Positions 20,741-35,070 are shown, counted from the whole stretch's first letter. The stretch: 61,966 nt of DNA, filler included, from Anaerolineae bacterium (GCA_029262755.1; 7 parts of 7 records of this genome joined end to end with filler, not necessarily neighbours in it), one strand, 5' to 3'. Notes: generated by a model from the sequence alone, not told the origin. Program-made: numbers and translations.

Positions 20741-21918
20741 TGGCCACGACCCCGCAAGCGGACGCCGCCACCGAGCGTCCAACGGGCATGGAATTCGAAT
20801 TGCCCTCGCCCGCATCCCGCCCGCCGCCGGTGGTCAACGTACCCCGGCGACGCATGCCCCTCGCCGATCGGCTGCGCGAGCTGTGGGAGTACCGTCACCT
20901 TGTAGGCAACCTGGTCGTACGTGACCTGAAGGTGCGCTACAAGGGCTCGCTGCTGGGCTTCTTGTGGTCGATGGCCAGCCCGCTTCTGATGATGCTCGTG
21001 TTCTGGTTCCTCTTCGGGGTGCTGTGGCGCAACGATGCCAACCCGCCCGCGTTCCACGCCTTCGTGCTGGTCGGCGTCCTGGCCTGGAACTGGTTCTCGC
21101 TCTCGGTCAGCGCGGGGATCGGCTCCATCGTCTACAACGCCTCGCTGATCAACAAGGTCTACTTCCCACGCGAAGTCCTCCCGATCTCCGTGGTGCTCAG
21201 CGAGGGCGTCAACTTCTTGCTCGCCCTGCCCGTGCTGGTCGGCATCCTGTGGGCGACCGGGCGTCCGCCTACGGCATTCGCGCTCTGGCTGCCGGCCATC
21301 CTCATCGTGGACGATGGGGTGAACGGCCCCGTCGCGGTGGACACGCGCGGCAGCCAGCCGATCGAGATCGGCGATGTCTTCGGCGCCTACACCGTGACCG
21401 ACATCAAGAAGGACTTCGACGACCACGAGGACGATTTCGGCAACGAAGTGGAGGTCCGCGGTTCGTTCGACTCGGCGGTTCCGTTCGACTTGACGATGGA
21501 CGATGTCACGCTCTCGATCGACGATGCCGCAGGTCATGTCGTGACGTTCACCATTCCCGCTGCTTCGTTCGAAGTGGACGGTGACGCCGCCAAGGGCAAG
21601 TTCAAGTTCGAGGGCAACATCAACGGGATGGAGACGAAGGCGAAGTTCGAGAGTTGCAAGTTCCGGATCAAGGTCAAGGGCGTGTTGGATACCGCACAGC
21701 TCACCGGCACGACGATGATCGTCGGCCTTCATGTCGGCCTCAACGTCGCCCACGACGCGCTGCTGATGGAGGACAAGAACAACCACCTGAAGTTCAAGCG
21801 CGAAACGAAGGTGAACTGCTGCCCCGAGTGCGAGGGCGTCACCTCAATGCAGGTGACTTCCAACCAAGGTGTACTGGTGTTCGAGCCCGCGGCCGGCCAC
21901 GACAAGTTGTCTTCCAAC
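20740..21918 (+). CDS. Polysaccharide ABC-2 permease (Wzm-like) N-terminal part fused at about 21310 to an unrelated soluble sequence; 3'-truncated
   Basis: RDLKVRYKGSLLGFLWS..PLL and NASLINKVYFPREVLP are Wzm signatures. After LPAILIV the protein turns into an acidic beta-rich domain. Confidence 0.7.
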
Positions 21919-22018
21919 NNNNNNNNNNNNNNNNNNNNNNNNNNNNNNNNNNNNNNNNNNNNTTAATTAATTAANNNNNNNNNNNNNNNNNNNNNNNNNN
22001 NNNNNNNNNNNNNNNNNN
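21919..22018. other. Artificial contig spacer
   Basis: N44-TTAATTAATTAA-N44. Confidence 0.99.
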
Positions 22019-23367
22019 TCGCGCAGGCCGGCGCAGCCGAAGACGGCGATCACGCTGCCGCCGGGTCCTGTGAGCGCGCGTGCCGCGCCGAGCGCGCTGT
22101 CGAGCGCGTTGGGCGTATGCGCGAAGTCGACGACGGCCGTGAAGGCCTGGCCCTCGACGATGCGCTGCATGCGGCCGGGGATGCCGCGCACGGCCGCGAT
22201 GCCCGCGCCCCAGGATGACGAGGGTACGCCGAGGGCATGAGCGGCGGCCATCGCGGCGAGCATGTTCGACACGTTGTATGCGCCGAAGAGCGGCGATGTG
22301 ACGGCGACCTCGCCCGCCGGGGTAGACGCGGTGAAGCGCAGGCCGCCGGGCTCGTGCTGCAGGTCGTGCGCGAGGAAGTCGGCACGGGGCGTGTCGACCG
22401 CCACGTTGATTGCGATCGCCTCGTCGGTATCGACGGCAATGTTTAGGTCGACTACCTCGTCGGTATCGACGGCCGCGTTCGGGTCGACCGCTACGTTCGT
22501 ATCGACCCCTTCATTGTTTGCGACCGCCCCGTCCCGCGCGATCGCATACGTGTAGCGCACGGCCGCGGGGATCGCCGCGAGGTGGGGGTAGGAGGGGTCG
22601 TCGCGGTTTAGGATGGCGGCGCCGTGTGGGGTCAGGGCCTCGAAGAGCATTGCCTTGGCGTCGCGGTAGGCTTCGAAGCTGCCGTGGTACTCGATGGCCT
22701 CGTGCGTGATGTTCGTGACAACGGCGACGTCGAAGGCGAGCGAGCCCAGGCGGTGCTGGGCCAGGCCGTGGGACGTGGCTTCCAGGACGGCCGTCTCGGC
22801 GCCGGCGTCGCGCATGGCCGCTAGGTAGCGTTGGACGTCCTCCGGCTCGGGCGTGGTGACATGGAGGCCCGTGTCCAGGGCCTCGTCCCCGATGCGGGCC
22901 GCTACCGTGCTCACGAGGCCCGCGCGTCGGCCGTCGGCCTCGAGGATGGCGTGGAGTAGGGTGGAAGTGGTCGTCTTGCCGTCCGTACCGGTGACGCCGG
23001 CCAGGCGCAGCGAGTCTCCCGGGAAGCCGTAGAGCGCCGCGGCTACGGCGGCGCGGGCGCGGCGTACGTCGGCCACCTGTACGAGGACCGCGGTGGGCGG
23101 CAGCTCTAGCGCCGCTCGGAGCGTGTCGGGCGCTCGCTCGACGAGGGCTGCGGTGGCGCCGCGCTGGAAGGCGTCGGGCAGGAAATCGTGAACGTCGCGG
23201 TTCACGCCCCGGTATGCAGTGAACAGCATGCCCGGAGCGGCTTGGCGCGAGTCGTGGGTCAGGCCGGAAATCGCGACCCCTGAATCGCCGTCTACCGCCA
23301 CAACGTCGAGGGCGGCGAGCAGGGTGGACAAGGGGGTCGGTCGGGCCGCCGGAAGGGCGATCGTCAT
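22019..23367 (-). CDS. murE: UDP-MurNAc-tripeptide synthetase MurE, 3'-truncated
   Basis: HDSRQ, GVTGTDGKTTT, TTPE, EATSHGLAQHRL, TNITHE, PGRM, VVDFAHTPNAL and FGCAGLR; start reassigned to ATG 23367. Confidence 0.93.
22393..22536. repeat. In-frame 18-bp degenerate tandem repeat (about 8 units) inside murE
   Basis: Units such as gtcgaccgccacgttgat, atcgacggcaatgtttag and gtcgaccgctacgttcgt encode NEGVDT-NVAVDP-NAAVDT-DEVVDL-NIAVDT-DEAIAI-NVAVDT. Confidence 0.85.
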
Positions 23368-23732
23368 GGCGCGGCAGGCTAGCAGCGCGGGCCGGGCGCG
23401 GCAAGGAATTGCCGGGGATTGAGGCTGGTGGCGCCGTGGATCGCGAACCACATTGTGGTCGATACGTTGACACTCGTGCTCGAAGAAGTATTCGGGATCG
23501 TCCCCGGGGGGATTGGCGCCCTTGCGTGGCTGCTCTAGCATAGGCAGTCTGCCATGTGTCGCCGTGCGGAACCCTCCATCACGGCCCCGGCGAAAGCCAC
23601 GTACGGCACGGCGCCATCGACACGGAAGAACGTAGCGCCAATACGCCCCGCATAGACGCCCCAAACGATCGCCCCACATCTATTCCGCGCTCGGACTCGA
23701 GCGCCGCCGAGCACGATTCCCAGGAGTCCCAC

Positions 23733-26735
<3,003 letters not shown>

Positions 26736-26792
26736 TCGGTCACCGCTGAACGTGATTGGTCTCGTTGAGAGCGGGATCGGTCGAGCTGATCA

Positions 26793-26830
26793 GAAGGAGG
26801 GCGGGCCAAGCGGCCCGCCCTCCTTCGTTT
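26793..26830 (+). terminator. Intrinsic terminator between convergent genes
   Basis: Perfect 15-bp stem GAAGGAGGGCGGGCC-AAGC-GGCCCGCCCTCCTTC followed by GTTT. Confidence 0.75.
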
Positions 26831-26946
26831 GCTGCGTATGTTCGTTCTCCGTCTAGGTTGCTGCACTAACCGGTTCGCTCCGAACGGCCTGGCCCGCTCG
26901 CGACGTCAGCCGCCGCGCCGCGGGACCAGCCCCCCCGGGCCTGCGA

Positions 26947-28132
26947 TTAACGGCCGGCCATGCGCGACCACCATGCCGCCAGCCGCGCCCACGTCCCGTT
27001 GCTCGACGTGGCCGGCGCGACCTGCTCCACCGGCGCGCCGTCCGGCGACGACGCGGCGGCCAGCGGTGCCGGCTCGTCCGATCCACCGATCGTGTGATCG
27101 GCGAGTGCCATCGGCAGATAGATCGCCGGTGGCGCGGTGACATCGACCACCATCTCCAGGTAGAGCGGCGCCGCGTGCTCGGTCGGCTCGGCGATCAACG
27201 AGATCGTGAACGGGCCGGTCGCGCCGTAGGTGTGCGACAAGCGCAGCTCGCTGGCCGGCACGGGATCGTCGTAGGTGACCACCTCGGGCTCGTCGGCGCC
27301 GTCACCCCAGTCGATGGACGCACGACCGATCAGCGGGTCGATACGCGCGATGTCGGGCAGCCAAATGCCGACCGACGTGTCAACCGAGTTTGCCGCAAGG
27401 ACGTCGATGCTCACGCCGGCCAGGTCGTGGCCCAGGAAGTTGAAGGTGTCGCCGAGCAAGCGGTCGCGGTCCACGCCTTCGGGCGAGCCGTAGCCGACGC
27501 CCTCGAGGCCGAAGCCCCAGAACATCGCGTTCCAGCCGACGCCGTCACCCGGATGGTGCCGTCCGGCCACGTAGGTGCCCACGACCTTGGTCTGCTCCGT
27601 GACGCCACCCTCCGCGTTGACGAAATCGCCCGTGTAGCTCCACAGCGGTCGCGCCAGGTCGATCAGCGGCCCCAGCGTCGTCTCGGCGTAGCTGATGTCG
27701 CCCAGTTGCGTGGTGATGCGCGAGTTCGTGGTGGGCTTGTAGCCGCTGACCACCGAGCCGGAAGCAAAGGTGTACTGGTTGCCGGCCGCGCCCTCGGAGG
27801 CCTCGTCACCCGTCGAAAGGTCGAGCGCGTAGTCGAAGGCGCCGTCGCTCCGCATGTGCGGAGGCAGGATAACCTTGCGCACGGGCGTAAGCGGGGCGGT
27901 GGGGAAGGGTACGAGCAGCCGTCCGGAAAGCGTTGCGGTATATTCCGGCGTGAAGCCCGCGAAGTAGCGCGCGAGGCACATTTCGCAGCCGCCGTTCTGT
28001 GTGTTCGCGCTCCAGATGTGCGGCCAGGTGTCCGGATAGTTTTGTCGGTTCTGCGGCGTATCGCCCAGGCGCGTTCCCGTGTTGAAGTAGCGCCAGAAGT
28101 TGGGCGTGCCTTGACCGGCGATCAGCATGGCG
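26947..28132 (-). CDS. C-terminal fragment of a large exported protein related to the S8 subtilase tails (PKD-like domain plus IYLP motif); 5'-truncated
   Basis: LIAGQ, MFWGFGLEGV, IDWGDG..SHTYGATGPFTISL and IYLPMAL parallel AVFGQ, LFGFGLEGV, VDFGDG..GHVYTEPGTYTVTV and IYLPW in 56121..59624. Confidence 0.7.
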
Positions 28133-28232
28133 NNNNNNNNNNNNNNNNNNNNNNNNNNNNNNNNNNNNNNNNNNNNTTAATTAATTAANNNNNNNNNNNN
28201 NNNNNNNNNNNNNNNNNNNNNNNNNNNNNNNN
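28133..28232. other. Artificial contig spacer
   Basis: N44-TTAATTAATTAA-N44. Confidence 0.99.
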
Positions 28233-28233
28233 C

Positions 28234-28425
28234 GACACCGGCGAGACGGTCAACATCCTAGACGGCCGCTACGGCCCCTACGTCAACCACCAAAAGACGA
28301 ACGCGTCGCTGCCCAAGGACTTGAAGCCCGAGGACGTCGACCTTGCCAAGGGCATCGAGCTGCTCGTCGCCCGCGAGGCCAAGGCGGGCACGAAGAAGAA
28401 GGGCGGCCGCAAGAAGAAGGCGTAG
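28234..28425 (+). CDS. topA: DNA topoisomerase I C-terminal repeat and Lys-rich tail (3' fragment)
   Basis: Manual translation: DTGETVNILDGRYGPYVNHQKTNASLPKDLKPEDVDLAKGIELLVAREAKAGTKKKGGRKKKA*. GRYGPYV...NASLP is the TopA C-terminal repeat. Confidence 0.85.
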   Translation, partial: DTGETVNILDGRYGPYVNHQKTNASLPKDLKPEDVDLAKGIELLVAREAKAGTKKKGGRKKKA

Positions 28426-28471
28426 CGGCCCGCGGCACCGTGCTGGGTGACGTCGGCGCGCTCGCGCCGCG

Positions 28472-28909
28472 TCAGCCCGCGGCGCCGCCATCCGCGTCAT
28501 CAGCGTCGCTGTCGCCGTCACCCTCATCCGCGTCGCCCGCGACCCGGTTTCCTTCTGCATCGACCCATACCGGCTCCGGCGTGATCTGTGGCTCCGGCGC
28601 CGGTCCGGCGTCGTCCAGGCCGGAGGACGTGACGGTCATCAGCGGCTCGACGTGCATGTCGTGGTCGACCGTGCACTGGCAGGACAGGCGGAACTCGCCC
28701 AGCTGCTCGTTGGCGACGAGCTTCTCGCGCGCCGCGGCCGTCATCAGCTCCGGCTCGCCCGCCTGGAACGTCACGCGGCAGGTCGTGCACTTGGCGTGGC
28801 CGCCGCAGCGGTGGAGGATGTCGACGCCGGCTTCCTCGATGGCCAGCACGAGGCGCTTGCCCTGCTCGACGTCGAAGCTCCCGACGCCTTCAATGGTCAA
28901 CTTCGGCAT
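28472..28909 (-). CDS. 2Fe-2S ferredoxin
   Basis: HRCGGHAKCTTC...RLSCQ cysteine pattern. Confidence 0.9.
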   Translation of the reverse strand: MPKLTIEGVGSFDVEQGKRLVLAIEEAGVDILHRCGGHAKCTTCRVTFQAGEPELMTAAAREKLVANEQLGEFRLSCQCTVDHDMHVEPLMTVTSSGLDDAGPAPEPQITPEPVWVDAEGNRVAGDADEGDGDSDADDADGGAAG

Positions 28910-28975
28910 AGTTGTACTCTCCAGTTGGAAAAAATGGGGATCTTCAAACGTCGTGCTCGCGAGCCGCGCGCCGTG

Positions 28976-29599
28976 CTAGCCCGCCAAGTATTGCTCAATA
29001 GCGGCCAGCTCTTCGTCGTTCATCCGGCCCGAGCCGGCGAGGTCGTGGGCGATGTCGGCCAGTTGGAAGGCGGCGTGCACGTGGTAGCCCGCGTCCTCGA
29101 CGTCCGTCGCGCCCACCGGGCGGCGATCGACGAGGACGACGATGTCGCGCACGATGAGCCCGGCCGCTTCGAGCGGCTCGATCGCTTCGAGCTTGCTCTT
29201 GCCGCTGGAGATGAGGTCGTCGATGACGGCGATGGTCTCGCCGGCCTTGAATGGGCCCTCGACGTTGCGTGACGTACCGTATTCCTTGGTGGCGCGGCGC
29301 GGGAAGATCATGGGGCAATCGATCTCAAGCGAGACGGCCGTGCCGATGGGCAGCCCAGCATGCGGGATGCCCGCGATGCGGTCGAAGCGCAGGCCGGAGA
29401 GCACCGCCGCGTAGGAGCGCGCGGCGCGGCGCAGCACGTCGGGATCGCCGATCATCAGCCGCAGGTCGCAGTACACCGGTGAGATCGAGCCGTCCTTGAG
29501 CGTGAACGTTCCGAATTGCACGGCGCCCAGCGCGTGCAAGGCCGCGGCCAAGGCCTTGCGCTCGTCCTCGGGCAGCGCGTGGTCGGCGGTGGCGCTCAT
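28976..29599 (-). CDS. pyrE: Orotate phosphoribosyltransferase
   Basis: FGTFTLKDGSISPVYCDLR, KEYGT and PRPP loop IAVIDDLISSGKS; ATGA overlap with pyrF. Confidence 0.93.
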   Translation of the reverse strand: MSATADHALPEDERKALAAALHALGAVQFGTFTLKDGSISPVYCDLRLMIGDPDVLRRAARSYAAVLSGLRFDRIAGIPHAGLPIGTAVSLEIDCPMIFPRRATKEYGTSRNVEGPFKAGETIAVIDDLISSGKSKLEAIEPLEAAGLIVRDIVVLVDRRPVGATDVEDAGYHVHAAFQLADIAHDLAGSGRMNDEELAAIEQYLAG

Positions 29600-30441
29600 C
29601 GGCGGCGTCCGCGTGCGGTGTTGATCGCGTCGCGCAGCCGCATGGCGGCTTCGCGCGGATCGCCCGCGTGGATGATGCCGCGCGAGCTGTTGATGACCAT
29701 GCCGCCGCCCGCGGCGTCCAGCCCCGCGTCGACCGCGGCGTCGAGATCGCCGCCCTGCGCGCCGATGCCGGGCACGAGGAAGGGCATATGCGGCGCGGCA
29801 TCGCGCACAGCGGCCAGCGCATCGGGGTAGGTGGCCCCGACGACAAGGCCGAGATTGCCGTTCCCGTTCCAACCGGTCGCGGCGCGCGCCACGCGCATGT
29901 AGAGCGGCACCCCGTCGACCTCCAGGTGCTGCAGATCGGCGGCGCCGGGGTTCGAGGTATGGCACAGTACGAAGGCGCCGTGCGTCGGGTCGGTGAGGAA
30001 AGGCTCCACGGAATCGCCACCGAGATAGGGGCTGATCGTGAGGGCGTCGGCGCCCATCACCTGGAAGGCGGCGCGCGCGTAGGCCTGCGCCGTCGCGCCG
30101 ATGTCGCCGCGCTTGGCGTCCAAGATCACCGGTCGCTCGCCGCCGATGTGATTGATCACCGTGCGCAGGTCGGCCAAGCCGTCCACGCCGAGCGCTTCGA
30201 AGAAAGCGCTATTGGGCTTGAAGACCGCGGCCGCCTCCACCGTCTGGTCCACGATGCGTCGGCAGAAATCGACCGCCGGCTCCTCGAGCCGCTCCATACG
30301 CGGATCAAGGCCGACGCACACAAGCGAGCCGGTGCGCTCGATCGTATCCGCGAGCCGCGCGTTCCATGGCGCTTCGGGCGCGATCGGGGCGTCGGCCATG
30401 CCGCCCGCTGCGGCGCTGCTACGCGTGCTGGGGTTCATCAC
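29596..30441 (-). CDS. pyrF: Orotidine-5'-phosphate decarboxylase
   Basis: VCVGLDP, FKPNSAFFE, ILDAKRGDIGAT, LVPGIGAQGG and INSSRGII. Confidence 0.95.
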   Translation of the reverse strand: MMNPSTRSSAAAGGMADAPIAPEAPWNARLADTIERTGSLVCVGLDPRMERLEEPAVDFCRRIVDQTVEAAAVFKPNSAFFEALGVDGLADLRTVINHIGGERPVILDAKRGDIGATAQAYARAAFQVMGADALTISPYLGGDSVEPFLTDPTHGAFVLCHTSNPGAADLQHLEVDGVPLYMRVARAATGWNGNGNLGLVVGATYPDALAAVRDAAPHMPFLVPGIGAQGGDLDAAVDAGLDAAGGGMVINSSRGIIHAGDPREAAMRLRDAINTARGRRR

Positions 30442-30521
30442 TCGTCACGCTCCTTGGGGTGTTCTGGGTGCTTGATTGTCCGCGGCTCGGTGCGCCCGAG
30501 CGTCGCCGTTCCCGCCGGGGA

Positions 30522-31496
30522 TCACGCTTCGTCGCTTCGTCCACCGTGCGGGGGCAGGACCGAAGCCAGCAGCGCCATGCGCACGAACATGCCGTTTTGC
30601 ACTTGGCGGAAGTAGGCGGCGCGGGGGTCGGAGTCCACGTCGGGCGAAATCTCGCCTACACGCGGCAGGGGATGCATGACGATCATCTCGTCGCGCGCCT
30701 CCTTCATCAGCTCGGGCGTGATGACGTAGAAGCTCTTCAGCTCTTCGTATTGCGCCAGGTCGGTGAAGCGTTCCTTCTGCACGCGCGTCACGTAGAGCAC
30801 GTCCACGTCGCCGATCACGTCGGCCACGTTGTAGGTCTCGCGCACCGCGAGGCCGGCGTCGCGCGCCTCGTTCATCAGGTCAAGCGGCAGGCGCAGGATT
30901 TCGGGCGATACGAAGGTCAGCTTCACGTCGAATTGGGCGAGCAGCCGTGTGAGCGAGTGCACCGTACGCCCGAAGCGCAGATCGCCCACCATTGCCACGT
31001 GCAGCCCATCGAGGCGGCCGAGCTCGTCGTGGATCGTGAAGAGGTCGAGCAGCGCCTGCGTGGGGTGCTCGCCGCTGCCGTCGCCCGCGTTGATCACCGG
31101 CACCGAGGCGGCGGCGGCGGCTTCGCGCGCGCTGCCCACCTCCGGGTGACGCAGGACGATCACGTCGGCGTATTGCTCCAGGGTGCGGATCGTGTCGGGC
31201 AGGCTCTCGCCCTTCGAGACGCTGGAGAACTGCACGCCCTGGGTGATGGGGATCACGCTGCCGCCCAAGCGTTGCATGGCGGCGATAAAGCTGGCGCTCG
31301 TGCGCGTGCTCGGCTCGTAGAAGAGCGCCGCGAGCACCCGCCCGCGCAGGATGTCGGCCCCGCCGCGTTCTTTGACGATGGACCGCATGCGCTGCGCCAC
31401 CTCGAAGACCTCGCGCAACATGGCCGGCTCGTATTGGCTGACCGACAGCACGTCCATGCCCGTCATGCCGGCGACGCGCAACCCCTCTTCGTTCAT
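30522..31496 (-). CDS. pyrB: Aspartate carbamoyltransferase catalytic subunit
   Basis: [31 protein letters not shown] and MHPLPR. Confidence 0.97.
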   Translation of the reverse strand: MNEEGLRVAGMTGMDVLSVSQYEPAMLREVFEVAQRMRSIVKERGGADILRGRVLAALFYEPSTRTSASFIAAMQRLGGSVIPITQGVQFSSVSKGESLPDTIRTLEQYADVIVLRHPEVGSAREAAAAASVPVINAGDGSGEHPTQALLDLFTIHDELGRLDGLHVAMVGDLRFGRTVHSLTRLLAQFDVKLTFVSPEILRLPLDLMNEARDAGLAVRETYNVADVIGDVDVLYVTRVQKERFTDLAQYEELKSFYVITPELMKEARDEMIVMHPLPRVGEISPDVDSDPRAAYFRQVQNGMFVRMALLASVLPPHGGRSDEA

Positions 31497-32648
31497 CCCG
31501 TTCCCCCTCCGTGATCGGCATTCGCCGTTGGATCCGCCTGCCGCGTTGCTTGGTCGTCTCGCGTGAAGAGCATCCGTCCGCCACCGGGCGGCCCGAGTCG
31601 CGGGTAGCGGTCGCCGCGACCAGCATCGTCGCGACCTCCATCACCGTCGAGGCTGCGACCACCGTCGTCCGGACCCGCTCCATCACCGCCGTCGCGGCCA
31701 CCGTCGTCCTTGCCCGCGGCCGCACCCGCCTCGAAGACCACCGCACCACGCAAGGTCGTGCGCAGGACGCGGCCGCGAACCGTGTTGCCCGCGAAGGGCG
31801 ACCAGTCGACGCGGGTCTGCCAGCCCTTCTCGGGCAGGGTCCAGGCGGGGCCGATCTCGACCTCTACCGTGCTTTCCGTGGGCGTTGGGATGCCGAAGAT
31901 CTCGGCCGGGCGCGTGCTGGTCAGCGCGATCAGCCGTTCCAGGCTGAGCCGGCCCTCCTCCACGGCCGTCAGCATCATCGGCAGCGTCGTCTCCAGCCCG
32001 GGCACGCCGGGCGGCGGGGTCGGCTGCGCCTTCTCATCCAGCGTGTGCGGCGCATGGTCCGTCGCGATGCAGTCGACGACGTCCAGCCGGGCCCACAGCG
32101 CGTCGCGATCCTCCGCCCGCGCGAGGCGGGGCCGCATATCGCCACGGGCGCCGAGGCGCGGCAGGTCGTCGAGGCATAGGAAGAGGTGGTGCGGGGCGAC
32201 CTCGCAGGTCACGGGCAGCCCGGCTTCCTTCGCGTCGGCGATCAGATGGATCTCATCGGCCCGGCTGACGTGCACGATGTGCACGTGCTGCCCATAGGTG
32301 CGCGCCATGCCGAGCGCCGTCGCGACGTTGAGGTCCTCGGCGTGCAGCGCGATCGGCCGCGGACCCGGCCAAGCCTCGAAGTGCGCCCGCAACGCGGCGA
32401 GCGTCTCGATGCGCAGGGGGCCGAAGGTGTCGTTGAGATAGACCTTGAGGCCCGCTGCATGCGGAGCCGCCGCGGCGCAGGCGGCCGCGTTGTCGTCCGT
32501 CGCGCCGAGGTACAGGCCGAGGTCGCAGCGCGTGCGCGGTGCATGGTACGCGATGGCCGCGGCGAGCTCGTCGCCGTCGGTGATCGGCGGGCTCGTGTTG
32601 GGCATGCCGAGGATGGCCGTCACGCCGCCGGCGAGCGCGGCGGCCGTG
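31493..32648 (-). CDS. pyrC: Dihydroorotase (CAD-like type), 5'-truncated
   Basis: [40 protein letters not shown] and PGLET; ATGA overlap with pyrB. Confidence 0.93.
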
Positions 32649-32748
32649 NNNNNNNNNNNNNNNNNNNNNNNNNNNNNNNNNNNNNNNNNNNNTTAATTAA
32701 TTAANNNNNNNNNNNNNNNNNNNNNNNNNNNNNNNNNNNNNNNNNNNN
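32649..32748. other. Artificial contig spacer
   Basis: N44-TTAATTAATTAA-N44. Confidence 0.99.
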
Positions 32749-32825
32749 GATTGCATCCTCGTTCGTCATGTGCCTATCTCGCCGTCCGCCGGTCCCGCTG
32801 GTGTTTCGAACCAGGAGCAAGGCTC

Positions 32826-33524
32826 ATGAGCGCATCCGCACCCTTCGCCGGCTTCGGGGCCGACACGATCGGCTTCATCGAAGACCTGCGATTTCACAAC
32901 GAGCGGGATTGGTTCCAGGCCAACAAGGAACGCTACGAGGCGCAATGGTTGGCGCCGGCCATGGCTTTCATCGAGGATATGGCTCCACGACTGGAGAAGG
33001 TAGCGCCCCATATGACGGCCGTGCCCAAGAAGACGGGTGGCTCGCTGATGCGCATCTACCGCGATACGCGCTTCAGCAAGGACAAGACGCCGTACAAGAC
33101 CAACATCGGCCTGCACTTCCGCCATGCGGCGGGCAAGGACGTCCACGCTCCCGGCCTGTACGTGCACATCGAGCCGGGAGAGCACTTCTTGGGCTGCGGC
33201 CTCTGGCGCCCGGCATCCGAGCCGCTGCGCGCAATCCGGCAGCGCATCGTTGATAAGCCGGATGCATGGCGTGCGGCCACGTCGGGCAAGGCCTTTACGC
33301 GCCATTGGAAGATCGGCGGCGAGTCGCTCAAACGCGCCCCGAAAGGCTTCGATCCGGAGCACCCGCTGATCGACGACCTCAAGCGCAAGGACTTCACAGC
33401 CGGCATCGAGCTGACGGACGCCGACGTCGCGAACGCGCAGTTCGCCGCCACCGCCGAACAACGATTCGCGGAGGCCGCACCGTTCATGCGCTTCCTGTGC
33501 GAGGCGGTTGGGGTTAGCTACTAG
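32826..33524 (+). CDS. DUF2461 family protein
   Basis: HNERDWFQANKERYE, MRIYRDTRFSKDKTPYKT and LKRAPKGFDPEHPLIDDLKRK; AGGAG SD. Confidence 0.92.
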   Translation: MSASAPFAGFGADTIGFIEDLRFHNERDWFQANKERYEAQWLAPAMAFIEDMAPRLEKVAPHMTAVPKKTGGSLMRIYRDTRFSKDKTPYKTNIGLHFRHAAGKDVHAPGLYVHIEPGEHFLGCGLWRPASEPLRAIRQRIVDKPDAWRAATSGKAFTRHWKIGGESLKRAPKGFDPEHPLIDDLKRKDFTAGIELTDADVANAQFAATAEQRFAEAAPFMRFLCEAVGVSY

Positions 33525-33846
33525 TACCTCGTCAAGCCTGCATATGCGGGCTCGGTAGCCACTGCACTCGCATCAGCGGACCGCTGTTCCTCGGCAATAG
33601 CTCCACTATTCCCTCGTCTCATCGAACCACGGGCACGACGCATTGGCTCCCTCACTGCCCGCATCTGCACGCACGATGAAGTACTAGAGGGTCACTTGCC
33701 GTGGTCGTAGCCATTCGCGTGGCACGTGCCGGAGACCCTGCGTCTGCAGTTGTGGTTGCCAACTGTGGCCATGTTCGTGCCACGTGACCCACCAGAACTC
33801 CGGCGCCACGCTCCGTTGTCCGATCGACAACCGACCCGCTACCCGC

Positions 33847-35070
33847 CTACCGCGCGAGCGCATCTTCCGCGAAGGCGAGGATCCCGTGGCCCATCTCGCC
33901 GAGCGCCTCGGGGTTGCTCGCGCGGTTGGCCGCCACGAAGACCGCCAAGCCCTTGCGCGGTACAAGGGCGCTGTAGGACGCGAAGCCGGGATCGGCGCCG
34001 CCGTGGAAGAGGGTGGGGCCGGCGGTCGTGAGGCCGACCAACCAACCCGGCGTTGCGCCACTTACCTTTGACGCGTCGATGATGCGCGGCGTCTGGAGCC
34101 GGCGAAGCATCGCCAACGTGGTCGGGGAATCCTTCGCGGCCGAAGCGGGGCGCGTTCCCTGGCCGTCGTCGGACTGGAGTTGCCAAGCAAGGAAACGGGC
34201 CATATCCGCAGTGCTCGACCACAGGCCCCAGGGAGCGGCAAAGGCGCCGGGCGTTGGGTCTGGGGCTGGTTGCGGAGGGTCCCCGAAGGCGGCAAAGCCG
34301 GTCGCAACGCGGTCCACGTCGAGCGACGATGGTTCCCAGCTCGACGCCGTCATCCCCAACGGCCCAAAGATATGCTCTGCCGCGTAGTCGGTGATCGGCC
34401 GACCGGCGGCACGGGACAAGGCCTCGGCAAGCAGCGCCCAACCCAGGTTCGAGTACGAAAACCGGAGCGCCGTTCGATCCGGTGCGTGGGAGGCGCGGGT
34501 CTTGAGCTCCTCGTTCGTCGCCGATTCGTCGGCAATCCCCGCGTCCGTACCCATGGACGTAGCGCCGTCGACGTAGCGCGCAACGCCAGAGAGCGCGGCC
34601 AGTACCTCGTCCATGGACGGGAAACGCAGCGCGGCCAGATCGTCGTCCGACATCGGGGGTAGCGGTGGCAGGCCGGCCGTGTGCGCGGCGCAGTCCCCGA
34701 GCGTAATCGCTGCGCGGGCCGGGTCACGAGAGTCGAGCGCAGCGCCAAGCTCTTCGATTTCCGGTAGCCAGCGGCTGAGCGAGTCATCGAGGTCGAGGAT
34801 CCCTTGGTCTGCCAAATGACCCATGGCGGCCGCGAGCACGGGTTGGCCGACGGCCCCAACGCGCCAGACCGTGTGTTCGTCCACCCCTGCGCCCAACTCG
34901 TCGCGCCGACCCAGACCGCAAGACCACGCCGGGCGTCCATCGACGACGAGCACCGCGGCGAGCCCGGGTAGACGCCACGCGAGGCGGTCCTCCTCGAGGT
35001 GCCCTGTGATCGGGGTGAGGCGGGGATCCATGGCGGAGCCTGACGCAGCCGATCCAGGCGCCGGGGTCAA
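33847..35070 (-). CDS. Beta-lactamase/serine hydrolase-fold protein lacking the SxxK motif
   Basis: LPGLAAVLV, HTAGL, FSYSN, IFGPLGM, GLWSSTADMARF and HGG are present. The SxxK position reads WRVGAVGQ. Confidence 0.85.
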   Translation of the reverse strand: MTPAPGSAASGSAMDPRLTPITGHLEEDRLAWRLPGLAAVLVVDGRPAWSCGLGRRDELGAGVDEHTVWRVGAVGQPVLAAAMGHLADQGILDLDDSLSRWLPEIEELGAALDSRDPARAAITLGDCAAHTAGLPPLPPMSDDDLAALRFPSMDEVLAALSGVARYVDGATSMGTDAGIADESATNEELKTRASHAPDRTALRFSYSNLGWALLAEALSRAAGRPITDYAAEHIFGPLGMTASSWEPSSLDVDRVATGFAAFGDPPQPAPDPTPGAFAAPWGLWSSTADMARFLAWQLQSDDGQGTRPASAAKDSPTTLAMLRRLQTPRIIDASKVSGATPGWLVGLTTAGPTLFHGGADPGFASYSALVPRKGLAVFVAANRASNPEALGEMGHGILAFAEDALAR

